Assembly (NCBI GenBank): GCA_003598025.1
Contig: QZKH01000003.1
Span: 234,048-298,047, forward strand
DNA: 64,000 nucleotides
Reading direction: 5' to 3'
From: Candidatus Omnitrophota bacterium
GTDB lineage: Bacteria; Omnitrophota; Gorgyraeia; Gygaellales; Profunditerraquicolaceae
The notes under the pieces are model-generated. The model had not been told where the DNA came from, ran no database searches, and was given only the letters and a program-made list of their open reading frames with translations. The position numbers and the translations under genes were made by a program. This document shows positions 30,301 through 38,713 of this stretch, piece by piece (the first letter of the stretch is position 1; every line of letters starts with the position of its first letter).

Positions 30301-30506
30301 GTGCCGTTAAAAATAACATCAACCATGTCAGACCCTCGCAATGATTTTACTGATTGTTCTCCCAGCACCCAGCGCATGCTGTCAAATATATTGGATTTAC
30401 CGCAGCCATTCGGGCCGACTACTGCGGTAATACCGGGCTCAAATTGCAATACGGTTTTGTTAAGGAATGACTTGAATCCCAAGATCTCCAGCCTTTTTAA
30501 ATACAT
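27300..30506 (-). CDS. smc: chromosome partition protein SMC
   Basis: 1068 aa. Has an N-terminal Walker A (GPNGCGKSN), long coiled coils, a hinge, and a C-terminal signature LSGGEKSMSAIALMFAIF plus Walker B VLDEIDAALD. Confidence 0.93.
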   Translation of the reverse strand: MYLKRLEILGFKSFLNKTVLQFEPGITAVVGPNGCGKSNIFDSMRWVLGEQSVKSLRGSDMVDVIFNGTDAKEPLSMAEVSLAFDNKGRYFAVDSEEVLITRRIFRSGECEYLLNKTQVRLKDILELLMGTGIGAESYSLVEQGKIDLLLSSKPEDRRLVFDEASGITKYKSQKREALRKLEETQQNLLRVNDIIVEVNRQISSLERQANKARKYKEAFEELKLKEFKLASSHIKGLLTEKDDIRNNVAQLTAKEAELSAAICQDEENISGRQVELAGIEDSLRKIKDIILDLNNQDFRANEKVNFNKEKIQELELTKIYLSKQLTQVKEKLSFDEEKFMKVKNEFDSLSSDISQKNTYIRSKEDELSQLNLSVRSSVDAIANAKKHILELMSKISSAKNQITDLISQEQVFLARKKRLQVENAKITEEKSLIEESLNLVTSELSAMESNFASINEKIQQLKSERQSQAGELTGLESEIDSFEKQLLSLESQREFLINLKHRYEDIGESMEAEIKIDRLPADILNGLVVRIKSYDKDNLRLTGEAKPIDLDAQRVEQLIDSVNKKLQELRLVKEKKELIIKELEASLAAVQEELRTVEINLANKKAYHETVSAQFSKLKEEEEVITIELNDLGKELSVITGKVMAISQQQKELEDNNKAQESLIIKEQNNITFTNEQKEGVLISIAEAKTQLQALLEKKDSEEETVMMLKKTYEQDRDVVMSIDTQLQDASKKQEALNSEISGLRISSEALAKEIVVKQEMLKENEARFRELSEGTSETVKMIESNRKEAEAVKARIYEIQMQEKDLDFQCQSIKDRILQAYKLDLGAEQETHSEDTIDENVLTQEIEKLKNRVDSYGSVNLVAIEEYDELKKRYDFLVQQQNDLVSSKESLHEAILKINRTTKKMFLETFEKVREEFRSYFRLLFNGGDGQIFLIDEQDPLESGIEIVCRPPGKKLQNVLLLSGGEKSMSAIALMFAIFKVKPAPFCVLDEIDAALDEANVDRFGRILQDFTETSQFIVITHNKKTIANADVMYGITMEESGVSKIVSVKFSQNKGIKDKQADLVPA

Positions 30507-30509
30507 GCT

Positions 30510-30881
30510 TCACTCCTTTTGGGTATAAATAGCGCTATTAATTTTATTTAATAATTCCTCATTAGAAATTGGCTTAGTAAGGATTTCCTTTGCGCCCATC
30601 TTAAGTGCTTTGTCTTCTAAAGCTTTATCAGATAATCCTGTAATCAGATAACAAACTGTTTTCAAAGAAAAATTTTTTGCCTCCAATAAAATATCAAACC
30701 CGGCTTCTTCATCTTCAAGCCTGAGATCGCAAAATATTATCTCTGGTTTGAAATCTTTAATTAAAGAAAGGGCATCAATTTTAGTCGAAGCAGTTGCAAC
30801 ATCGTGCTTTCTGCGAGTGAAAAAAGCCTTTTGAAACTCGAGCACATCCTTTTCATCATCAACAACTAATATTCTGGCCAT
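30510..30881 (-). CDS. stand-alone response-regulator receiver (REC) domain protein
   Basis: About 123 aa CheY-like protein with the DD acidic pair, phospho-acceptor Asp in IIFCDLRL, a conserved T (LITG) and K (TKPI). The ATG is at 30879-30881 (the ORF-track TTG at 30887). Sits 2 nt after the HTH gene stop and overlaps the smc start region. Confidence 0.8.
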   Translation of the reverse strand: MARILVVDDEKDVLEFQKAFFTRRKHDVATASTKIDALSLIKDFKPEIIFCDLRLEDEEAGFDILLEAKNFSLKTVCYLITGLSDKALEDKALKMGAKEILTKPISNEELLNKINSAIYTQKE

Positions 30882-30883
30882 AA

Positions 30884-31066
30884 TCAATTTATACTTTTTG
30901 TATTCTCAACCATCCAGGAATCAATTTTCTCTTTCTGAAAACGCCACTGGCCGACAAGCTTAACCGCAGGTATCTTATGATGCTTAAGCCATTCATAAAT
31001 AGTCCTACGGCTGACTTTTAAATATAAAGATAAATCATCAATTGTCATTAATGCTGCAATATCCAT
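30884..31066 (-). CDS. excisionase-family helix-turn-helix DNA-binding protein (HTH_17-like)
   Basis: 60 aa from the ATG at 31064-31066, preceded by a GGAG RBS. Sequence: MDIAALMTIDDLSLYLKVSRRTIYEWLKHHKIPAVKLVGQWRFQKEKIDSWM. The ORF-track 80-aa version has an unsupported N-terminal extension. Confidence 0.65.
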   Translation of the reverse strand: MDIAALMTIDDLSLYLKVSRRTIYEWLKHHKIPAVKLVGQWRFQKEKIDSWMVENTKSIN

Positions 31067-31519
31067 TTTATCTCCTAACTTATTGTTGTGTATATGATAA
31101 TAAGAATTTTTGATTTTGTCAAGCATAATTTGCAGTTTCTTACATCCTTATGCATAACAGAATGAAAGGTTGCAATATTATCCATACTTTATCATTACAT
31201 AACCTGTTGTAAATAAATAAGTTAGGGTGAAAATTGATTGGTAATCGATAACTTCTTTGTCTGCGCAGGGTTACGAATTTTTTTTCAAAATTTATCCGGT
31301 GCCGGATAATCATGAATTTGCAAATGATGCTAATAGGCTTTATTATCTCTGCCAAATAATCTGGTTCGTTGGACGGATCCATGACTGTTTTTATATTCAA
31401 TAAAATTAAAGTAGTAATCTTAGCGAAGGCATAAATCTATGGGTAGGTGTATTAGAAGGACTTTCCTGTTAACCGATTAACTCAATTAAAAATTTTTGTA
31501 TTGGTATTGCAGGGGATAT

Positions 31520-31594
31520 CAGTTCATGGTTGATAGTTCATTGTTCATAGACGTGGCTAATTTCTATGTACTACCAACCATGAACTATGAATTA
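31520..31594. repeat. heptamer arrays forming a 15-bp-arm inverted repeat (gttcatggttgatag ... ctaccaaccatgaac) directly 3' of etfA
   Basis: 31520-31547 holds 4 units in CAGTTCA/TGGTTGA/TAGTTCA/TTGTTCA form, and 31581-31594 holds units in TGAACTA/TGAATTA form. The etfA stop codon (31592-31594) lies in the last unit. Confidence 0.8.
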
Positions 31595-32815
31595 TTTCTT
31601 TAATATCTCTTTGAATTTTCTCGTTAGGGCAGGTACTACCTGGAAGACATCTCCGACGATACCATATGTTGCTACTTTAAATATAGGCGCGTCCGGGTCC
31701 TTATTGATGGCTATAATAATCTTTGAAGATTGCATCCCGACGAGGTGCTGGATCTGGCCTGATATGCCGCAGGCAAAGTAAATCTTAGGCGAGACAGTGC
31801 GCCCGGTTTGCCCCACCTGGTGAGAATAAGGCATCCATCCCGCATCAACTGCCGCCCGGGAAGCACCGACAGCTGCGCCGATAACATGGGCAAATTCTTC
31901 AAGCATTTTAAAATTCTCGGGTGCACCCATACCTCTGCCTCCTGAAACAATAATATCAGCTTCGGCTAAATTGACCAACGATTCTACTTCATCGACAATA
32001 TCCAGAAGTTTAGTCCTAGAACTAAACAGCGCTGGATCGACTTTCTCAATTATGATTTTGCCTTTCCTTGCTTTATTCGGAGCCATAGGTTGCATGACTT
32101 TATGCCTGACGGTAGCCATCTGCGGCCTGAAATTAGGAGAAATTATAGTTGCCATTATATTACCGCCAAATGCTGGTCTTGTTTGCAGCAGTATTTTTTT
32201 GTCTGGATCAATATCTAAACCTGTACAATCTGCAGTAAGCCCTGCCTTTATCCTTATCGCAACCCTGGATATAAGCGAACGGCCGATTGAAGTAGCGCCG
32301 CAGAGCACTATTTCTGGTTTATATTTTTGTATTAAATAGACTAAGATGTTGGTATAAGGCTCATCCTGGAAATTAGCTATTTCTGGCGCCTGTACCAGAT
32401 AAATGTTATCCGCACCATGCCAAATTAATTCGTCCAATTGATCATCTAAGCCGTTGCCGATTAATACTGCGCTTACATCCGTCCCCAACTTTTTTGACAA
32501 CTCATGTGCCTTACCTAAAAGTTCGTAAGATACCGACTGGATCTTTCCTTTCTTTTGTTCAATAAATACCCAAACTCCCTTGTAGTCCTTGATATCCGGC
32601 AGCTTGCAAACTGACTGGTCTTTATCAATCATTATCGCTTTGAATTTACAAGCTGATACACAGGCCCCGCACAAAGTACACTTATCCTCGTCAATTACAG
32701 CGATTTTTTTGCCTTTAGCATCTAATCTGTCCATCATGCGGATGGCATCAAAGGGGCATGTCTTAACGCATAATGTGCAACCGGTGCATTTTTCTACAAT
32801 AATCTTTATAGGCAT
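31592..32815 (-). CDS. etfA: electron transfer flavoprotein alpha subunit with N-terminal 2x[4Fe-4S] ferredoxin domain (FixB/CarE-like)
   Basis: 407 aa. Two CxxCxxCxxxCP motifs at the N-terminus (CTGCTLCVKTCP; CTLCGACVSACK), then EtfA FAD-binding domain motifs. Confidence 0.88.
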   Translation of the reverse strand: MPIKIIVEKCTGCTLCVKTCPFDAIRMMDRLDAKGKKIAVIDEDKCTLCGACVSACKFKAIMIDKDQSVCKLPDIKDYKGVWVFIEQKKGKIQSVSYELLGKAHELSKKLGTDVSAVLIGNGLDDQLDELIWHGADNIYLVQAPEIANFQDEPYTNILVYLIQKYKPEIVLCGATSIGRSLISRVAIRIKAGLTADCTGLDIDPDKKILLQTRPAFGGNIMATIISPNFRPQMATVRHKVMQPMAPNKARKGKIIIEKVDPALFSSRTKLLDIVDEVESLVNLAEADIIVSGGRGMGAPENFKMLEEFAHVIGAAVGASRAAVDAGWMPYSHQVGQTGRTVSPKIYFACGISGQIQHLVGMQSSKIIIAINKDPDAPIFKVATYGIVGDVFQVVPALTRKFKEILKK

Positions 32816-33597
32816 CAGTGGACCTCGTCCTTAATCAGCTTTACAAGTTCATCAACTATTTCCGGGATCTCGCCCTTCAAAATCTGCCCGCCAGTCCTGG
32901 GAGCAGGAGTAAATATCTTAACAACCTGTGTCGGGGAACCGCATAGACCGATTGACTGAGCATCAAGCGCCAGTTCCTTCTGACCCAGGGTAGCAATTTT
33001 AGCTTGCTTTGCCTTCATCATTCCCTTTAAAGAAGGCAGCCTTGGATTGTTTATTTCTTTTACTACTGTCAATAAAGCCGGTAAAGGAGTCTCAATGATC
33101 TCAAAGCCTTCCTCCATCATACGCTCTACTCTCATAGCTTTATCTTTGACCTCTTCTATTTTTTTAACATATGTTACCTGCGGAATATCTAAATGCGCCG
33201 ATATACCCGGCCCTACCTGGGCAGTATCACCGTCAGAAGCCTGTTTACCGCAGATTATAAGGTCGTAATCGCCTATTTTCTTTATTGCTGCAGCTAAAGT
33301 ATAACTGGTAGCCCATGTATCGCTTCCGGCAAAAGCCCTGTCACATATAAGTACACCGTCATCAGCACCCAAAGAAATAGACTCCCGCAAGACAGCTTCT
33401 GCCTGGGGCGGGCCCATCGTAATAACGGTTACTTTACCGCCAAACCTTTCTTTCAACCTGATCGCTTCTTCAATTGCATAAACATCAAAAGGGTTGATTA
33501 TGGACTTTACTCCCTCCCTAATCAAGGTGTTTGTTTCAGGGTTAATCCTGACTTCGGTAGTCTCTGGTACCTGTTTTATGCAAACGATTATATTCAT
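32815..33597 (-). CDS. etfB: electron transfer flavoprotein beta subunit (FixA-like)
   Basis: MNIIVCIKQVPETTEVRIN...; the ATG is at 33595-33597. The stop overlaps the etfA start as ATGA. Confidence 0.88.
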   Translation of the reverse strand: MNIIVCIKQVPETTEVRINPETNTLIREGVKSIINPFDVYAIEEAIRLKERFGGKVTVITMGPPQAEAVLRESISLGADDGVLICDRAFAGSDTWATSYTLAAAIKKIGDYDLIICGKQASDGDTAQVGPGISAHLDIPQVTYVKKIEEVKDKAMRVERMMEEGFEIIETPLPALLTVVKEINNPRLPSLKGMMKAKQAKIATLGQKELALDAQSIGLCGSPTQVVKIFTPAPRTGGQILKGEIPEIVDELVKLIKDEVH

Positions 33598-33611
33598 ACT
33601 TATTTTCCCTA

Positions 33612-33640
33612 TTACTGTGAACAATGAACTGTGAACTATT
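33612..33640. repeat. heptamer array (TGAACAA TGAACTG TGAACTA) between acyl-CoA dehydrogenase stop and etfB start
   Basis: 3 units. The acd stop codon TAG (33636-33638, minus strand) lies inside the last unit. Confidence 0.75.
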
Positions 33641-34787
33641 TAGCCATCTCTTTTATCAACTGCAATGCAATTATATTCCTCTGGATCTGGTTTGTGCCCT
33701 CATAAATCTGGGTAATTTTTGCATCACGTACATATTTTTCTATCGGGTATTCTTTCATATATCCGTAACCGCCAAAAACCTGCAATGCATCCACAGTCAC
33801 TTTCATCGCGACATCTGAAGCATACATTTTAGCCATAGCTGATGCCTTAGCAACATCCTTTACCCCGGCATCAACCATCCTGGCAGTAGAATATACCAAT
33901 GCCCTGGCAGCTTCGATCTCGGTTGCCATATCAGCAAGCATCCACTGTATACCCTGGAAGCTGGAAATTGATTTACCGAATTGGTGCCTCTCCTTAGCGT
34001 ATCTTACCGCCAGTTCAAGCGCGCCCTGTCCGATTCCCAGAGCCTGGGCAGCAACACCCGGTCTTGACATATCAAATGTCCTCATTGTAACGATAAAACC
34101 CATTCCTTCTTTGGCTATAAGGTTTTCCTTTGGCACTTTACAATCAGTAAATATCAGCTCCCTGGTTGAGGAAGCGCGGATGCCGAATTTATCTTCTTTT
34201 TTGCCGAAGGTAAACCCCTTCATACCTTTTTCAAGAATAAAAGCTGAAGCGCCTCTTGCGCCTTTAGTCTTATCCGTCATTGCTATAACTACGTAAGTTT
34301 CTGCATCGCCACCGTTTGTTATAAAGTGCTTTAAGCCGTTTAAGATATAATGGTCGCCTTCTTTTTTCGCTGTCGTCTTTATTGCAGAGGCATCTGAGCC
34401 TGCTTCCGGTTCGGTTACGGCAAAAGCTGCCACTTTCTTACCGCTGGCAAGATCAGGCAGGTATTTCTTTTTTTGCTCTTCACTACCGAATAAAACTATA
34501 GGAAAGGTACCTAAGGCAGAGGCAGCATAGCAGACAGCAATACCGCCGCAGGCACGCGAAAACTCCTCGGTAGCGAGGCAGAGGTTCAAAACCCCTACTG
34601 ACATACCGCCAAATTCTTCCGGGATGAATAACCCAAACAATCCTGCCTCCGCTATTACCTTTATGACCTCCCACGGATATTCTTCGCTTTCATCATATTT
34701 AGCAGCTACGGGCCTGATCTTCTCTTCAGCTATCTTATGCGCCAGGTCCTTGACCATTTTTTGTTCTTCAGTCAACAAATAATCCAT
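33636..34787 (-). CDS. acyl-CoA dehydrogenase (short/butyryl-chain type)
   Basis: 383 aa of ACAD fold with the catalytic Glu region ([12 protein letters not shown]) and FAD-binding motifs. Adjacent to etfBA. Confidence 0.9.
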   Translation of the reverse strand: MDYLLTEEQKMVKDLAHKIAEEKIRPVAAKYDESEEYPWEVIKVIAEAGLFGLFIPEEFGGMSVGVLNLCLATEEFSRACGGIAVCYAASALGTFPIVLFGSEEQKKKYLPDLASGKKVAAFAVTEPEAGSDASAIKTTAKKEGDHYILNGLKHFITNGGDAETYVVIAMTDKTKGARGASAFILEKGMKGFTFGKKEDKFGIRASSTRELIFTDCKVPKENLIAKEGMGFIVTMRTFDMSRPGVAAQALGIGQGALELAVRYAKERHQFGKSISSFQGIQWMLADMATEIEAARALVYSTARMVDAGVKDVAKASAMAKMYASDVAMKVTVDALQVFGGYGYMKEYPIEKYVRDAKITQIYEGTNQIQRNIIALQLIKEMAK

Positions 34788-34841
34788 AACTCCCTCCCTC
34801 AGTATTTTTAAAGATAATTATAATAACACAAAGAAAATCTA

Positions 34842-35291
34842 TTACAAGTTTTTTATTAGTGCGACCTCTTGGCAATCAGGAAATTTCGGGCAATTAATAC
34901 ATTCAGCCCAAACTTTATGCGGAAGATCTGCATGTTTTATCCTGCGGAAGCCGAACTTTTTAAAAAAATCCGGCTTATAGGTAAGCACAAATAATTTCTT
35001 TGCACCGAGGTCTTTTGCCTCCTCGATACAACTTGCCACCAGCTGTGTACCAATCCCTTTTGATTGGCTCTTTTTTTCAACAGCCAATGACCTAAGTTCA
35101 GCCAGATCCTGCCAGCAGATATGCAGGGCAGAACAACCGATGACCCTACCCCTTTCTTCGATGACAATAAAATCGCGCAGCCTGTCAAAAAGCTCATTTA
35201 AGGAACGCGGAAGCATAAGGTCTTCTTCGGCAAATTTATTTATCAAATTTTGGATTTTCGGTATATCGCTGACTTTGGCTTTACGGATCAT
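34842..35291 (-). CDS. GNAT family N-acetyltransferase (ArgA-like short form) with C-terminal Cys cluster
   Basis: 149 aa. Acetyl-CoA binding motif (LAVEKKSQSKGIGTQLV); C-terminus CINCPKFPDC. Confidence 0.7.
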   Translation of the reverse strand: MIRKAKVSDIPKIQNLINKFAEEDLMLPRSLNELFDRLRDFIVIEERGRVIGCSALHICWQDLAELRSLAVEKKSQSKGIGTQLVASCIEEAKDLGAKKLFVLTYKPDFFKKFGFRRIKHADLPHKVWAECINCPKFPDCQEVALIKNL

Positions 35292-36517
35292 ACTATATCT
35301 GTCCCTTTTGCAACCACGACTATCCCAGAATCAGTCACATGGAACCTTTTTCTGTCTTCAGCCTGGTCATATCCTATAACCATGCCCTGAGGTATGTTGA
35401 CATCCTTATCAATGATCGCCCTCTTTATTTTGGCGTATCTGCCGACATTTACACCTTCCATAAGGATTGAATCGTATACCTGAGAATAACTGTTTATCCT
35501 GACATTCGGAGACAAAATAGATCTCTGCACCCTGCCGCCGCTTATGATACAACCGACAGAAACCAATGAATCCAGCACTAAGCCGATTCTCCCCGTAATC
35601 TCCTCTCCGGCAAAAACATTTTTGGCAGGCGGGAACTGTTCCTGGTAAGTCCTCACCGGCCAGTCTTTATCATAGAGGTTAAACACCGGGTCAACCTGCA
35701 CTAGGTCAATATTGGCATCATAATATGCGTCTATTGTCCCTATATCCCTCCAATACAAAGCCTCTTTTTTATTTTCATCAGCAAAATTATATGCGCACAC
35801 CTTAAGGCCCTTTTTAAGCATTTGGGGGATAATATCTTTGCCAAAATCATGGGAGCTGGACGAACGCTTGCTATCCTCGCCCAATTCTTTTATAAGCACC
35901 CCGCTATTAAAAACATAAATACCCATTGAGGCATAAATTTTGTTTGGCTTTGACGGGATAGTTACTGGATTCTTGGGCTTTTCATGAAAAGCAGTCACCC
36001 TGTCTGAAGAATCAACTTCCAGGACACCGAATTGAATAGCCTCATCCTTATCTACCTCAACCACGCCCACAGTTACATCGGCATTTTTCTCGCGGTGAAG
36101 GTCTATCAGGGTGTAATAATTCATCTTATAGATATGGTCCCCGGCTAAAATCAAAACTTCATCGGGTTTTTCATCTTCAAGCGTGTATAAGTTCTGGTAT
36201 ATAGCATCTGCGGTTCCCAAATACCATGACTCTCCCACCCTTTTCTGCGCCGGCAGAATTTCAATATACTGTCCGAGTTCTGAAGGCAAAATATTCCAGC
36301 CTAACCGTATATGCCTCTGCAAAGAAGCTGACTTATACTGAGTCAAAAGGTATATCTTCCTTAACCCTGAATTAATGCAATTACTTAATGTAAAGTCTAT
36401 TATCCTGTAAATGCCGCCAAAAGGAACAGCAGGCTTTGCCCTGTCGCGGGTCAAAGGATAAAGCCTCTCGCCTTTTCCGCCAGCCATTATAAAAGTAATA
36501 ACCTTGCGCATCATCAC
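35288..36517 (-). CDS. glgC: glucose-1-phosphate adenylyltransferase
   Basis: 409 aa. Has FIMAGGKGERLYPLTRDRAKPAVPFGGIYRIIDFTLSNCINSG, the GlgC N-terminal signature, and a left-handed beta-helix C-terminus. The start is GTG or an adjacent ATG. Confidence 0.92.
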   Translation of the reverse strand: MMMRKVITFIMAGGKGERLYPLTRDRAKPAVPFGGIYRIIDFTLSNCINSGLRKIYLLTQYKSASLQRHIRLGWNILPSELGQYIEILPAQKRVGESWYLGTADAIYQNLYTLEDEKPDEVLILAGDHIYKMNYYTLIDLHREKNADVTVGVVEVDKDEAIQFGVLEVDSSDRVTAFHEKPKNPVTIPSKPNKIYASMGIYVFNSGVLIKELGEDSKRSSSSHDFGKDIIPQMLKKGLKVCAYNFADENKKEALYWRDIGTIDAYYDANIDLVQVDPVFNLYDKDWPVRTYQEQFPPAKNVFAGEEITGRIGLVLDSLVSVGCIISGGRVQRSILSPNVRINSYSQVYDSILMEGVNVGRYAKIKRAIIDKDVNIPQGMVIGYDQAEDRKRFHVTDSGIVVVAKGTDIV

Positions 36518-37113
36518 AAAAACACCCCCATAATTCCCCTTCTTATCATCATAACCCCGATAGCTGCTAACAGTATATACATAATTTTTGATACGGCTCT
36601 TACCCCGGTCTGGCCCATCACGTGCAATATATCCTCTGCGCGCGCCAAAACATACCAGACAATAAGCATATTTAAAATTATGGAAAGCAGGGTCAGCTTT
36701 ACCCCATAGATATCAATCATCATCAGGGCGGTAGTCAATACAGCCGGCCCGGTGATCAATGGCGTGCCGAGAGGAAAAATACCCAGAAACTTATCATTCT
36801 TGTCGAAATTTAAACTCTTCTTGGCGCCGGGAAGAAGCAGCCTTACGGAAATTATAAATATCAGGGCGCCGCCAGCAATCTGAAAATCCGGTATAGTTAT
36901 GCCTATTACCCCTAACAGGCCTTTGCCGATAAAAAGAAATAAAACAGCAATCAATGAAGCCGTGGTAACCGAATCAATGACTATCTTCCTTCTCTGCTTT
37001 TTAGCCTGGCCATCCACCAAAGCGATAAAAAGCGGAATAGTGCCAACGACATCGACTGCAACAAATATGGGAATAAAAACTGATATAAAATCTCTCAGCG
37101 TAATATTAAACAT
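36514..37113 (-). CDS. MarC family (UPF0056) integral membrane protein
   Basis: 199 aa with 6 predicted TMs and MarC-like sequence. Confidence 0.7.
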   Translation of the reverse strand: MFNITLRDFISVFIPIFVAVDVVGTIPLFIALVDGQAKKQRRKIVIDSVTTASLIAVLFLFIGKGLLGVIGITIPDFQIAGGALIFIISVRLLLPGAKKSLNFDKNDKFLGIFPLGTPLITGPAVLTTALMMIDIYGVKLTLLSIILNMLIVWYVLARAEDILHVMGQTGVRAVSKIMYILLAAIGVMMIRRGIMGVFL

Positions 37114-37188
37114 GATTAAATATTATAGCCCATTGAGGCTAAAAAACAAGAAAAAATGAATCATTATATCTTTTTAGCGCAACAAGCG

Positions 37189-38712
37189 TCACTTCCCGAT
37201 TCTTTTCCTCAGCTCGAACCTGTAACTCCATCTGGATTTAGAAATAGGTACCCCAAAAATATTGTTTTGGATACCTATAAACGTGCTCTTAGAAACATTA
37301 TAATTATACTTGAGATGGCTTTTATAATAAGTATATAACGACATGACGCCCACCATTGGCTCAGAAGGGCTTCCGCTGCCATTCCCGGAAAAAACTAAAT
37401 AATCATATATATCAATCCTGTAAGGATGCAGTGAAAAAGTCAGATCATAAGTAGTGTAATCACCTGCCAGCATATACCATAACTCCGGGGCTACCATTAC
37501 ACTGGAGCCGGAAGGGATACTATTTCTTAATATCCGTCTGTTATAATCGTAAGTATCTGCCTTTGTCCAGGTGGCGGGGAGAAGTATGTTCATCCTTATA
37601 AAAGGCAGGCAACCGATAAAAATAAATAAAAGTATAACCCTGATGAATTCTTTTTTAGTGGCGATTTCTTTGTTTGTCAAAAATACGACGGTAGAAATAA
37701 AAAATATTAAGAACGCCTGCGTATACATATGCCTGAGGGTAAAGACAAAAATCAGGATTAGGATAGATATTATCAAGCCTAAGAAAATCGGCAGGTTAAC
37801 TGTGTCTTTATGTTTATTCTTCCGGCTCGTTAAAGACCTGACAGCAATGTAGAAAAGAAATACACTCAACGGCAGGTAAAATAATGTGTCTGCATAACGG
37901 ACATGGGTAATAACCGAATAAGATACTGCCCTGACAAAATCGTCGCTTATAAAAAATAATGCATAACTTAGAGCCTGGCTTAAAATAAGCTTATAATCAA
38001 ACCCGGAAGCTGCAAGCCATGCGAAAAGAGTTAAGAATAATCCGATTAAAATGCTAGCAATTAGCTTGATGAAGCTTTTAATACTATTCCGGCAATAGCC
38101 TAAGAATATACTTGCCGCAAAAAAAATGATTAATAACCCAAGCCAAAAAGAAGTTGCAAGACATAAAAAGGACGACAGTAAAATAAAAATGCTATTCCTG
38201 AAAGAATTAATTTCTTTATATTTAATTGCAAAGTAAACCAATGCCAGCCCAAAAAATACAGCCAGGGTATCAGGTCGCGAAATTCCCTTGATCGCCAAGA
38301 TCCATGAAAAAAATATCAATCCTAATATATATACCGGAGGTTCGTCATCAGCGAAGATTTTAAAAAGTTTATACTGCGCATAGGCAACAAAAAGGCATAT
38401 CAAGAGCGATAATGCTAAACTGGAAGATATTGAAAAACCGAAAATCATAAACCATACTCCATAAATAAACGCATACACGGGAGGATACCACACCGAACAA
38501 TTTTCGACTCCCGGCCTGTAGCCAAAAACCCCCGGAGACGCAAAAGTATGATTTAAGGCAAAATTCCTTGCCGGCTCTTTAAAGATCATTTCGTCTGTAG
38601 AAGGAAAAGGCAGCTTAAATATGTAAAGGTAGAAGCTGATTAAAAACAATAGCAGCCAAAAGATTATTACCCGGTTCTTATGCAACATATTTTTAAGTTC
38701 TGGCAATTGCAT
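37189..38712 (-). CDS. polytopic membrane protein, putative GT-C-fold glycosyltransferase (PMT_2/ArnT-like)
   Basis: 507 aa with more than 10 predicted TMs, a DE motif in the first loop (STDEMIFKEPARN) and an aromatic-rich C-terminal soluble segment. The assignment is tentative. Confidence 0.45.
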   Translation of the reverse strand: MQLPELKNMLHKNRVIIFWLLLFLISFYLYIFKLPFPSTDEMIFKEPARNFALNHTFASPGVFGYRPGVENCSVWYPPVYAFIYGVWFMIFGFSISSSLALSLLICLFVAYAQYKLFKIFADDEPPVYILGLIFFSWILAIKGISRPDTLAVFFGLALVYFAIKYKEINSFRNSIFILLSSFLCLATSFWLGLLIIFFAASIFLGYCRNSIKSFIKLIASILIGLFLTLFAWLAASGFDYKLILSQALSYALFFISDDFVRAVSYSVITHVRYADTLFYLPLSVFLFYIAVRSLTSRKNKHKDTVNLPIFLGLIISILILIFVFTLRHMYTQAFLIFFISTVVFLTNKEIATKKEFIRVILLFIFIGCLPFIRMNILLPATWTKADTYDYNRRILRNSIPSGSSVMVAPELWYMLAGDYTTYDLTFSLHPYRIDIYDYLVFSGNGSGSPSEPMVGVMSLYTYYKSHLKYNYNVSKSTFIGIQNNIFGVPISKSRWSYRFELRKRIGK

Positions 38713-38713
38713 T

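Noticed and set aside
30884-31126. Reading the HTH and REC ORFs as one frameshifted HTH-REC response regulator gene
   Set aside because: The two ORFs have their own start codons (one with a good RBS) and a clean stop/start junction typical of translational coupling. I kept them separate but flagged it for a read-level check.
31140-31400. 86-aa minus-strand ORF in the 465-bp spacer upstream of the HTH-REC-smc unit
   Set aside because: It has no recognisable domain and no RBS, odd composition, and lies in a probable promoter/leader region. It is treated as non-coding, though a small protein cannot be excluded.
34483-34674. Cys-rich 63-aa ORF ([10 protein letters not shown]...CCLLCCLCL)
   Set aside because: It lies on the same strand as the acyl-CoA dehydrogenase CDS but out of frame. 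It is an artefact of GC-rich codon wobble positions.
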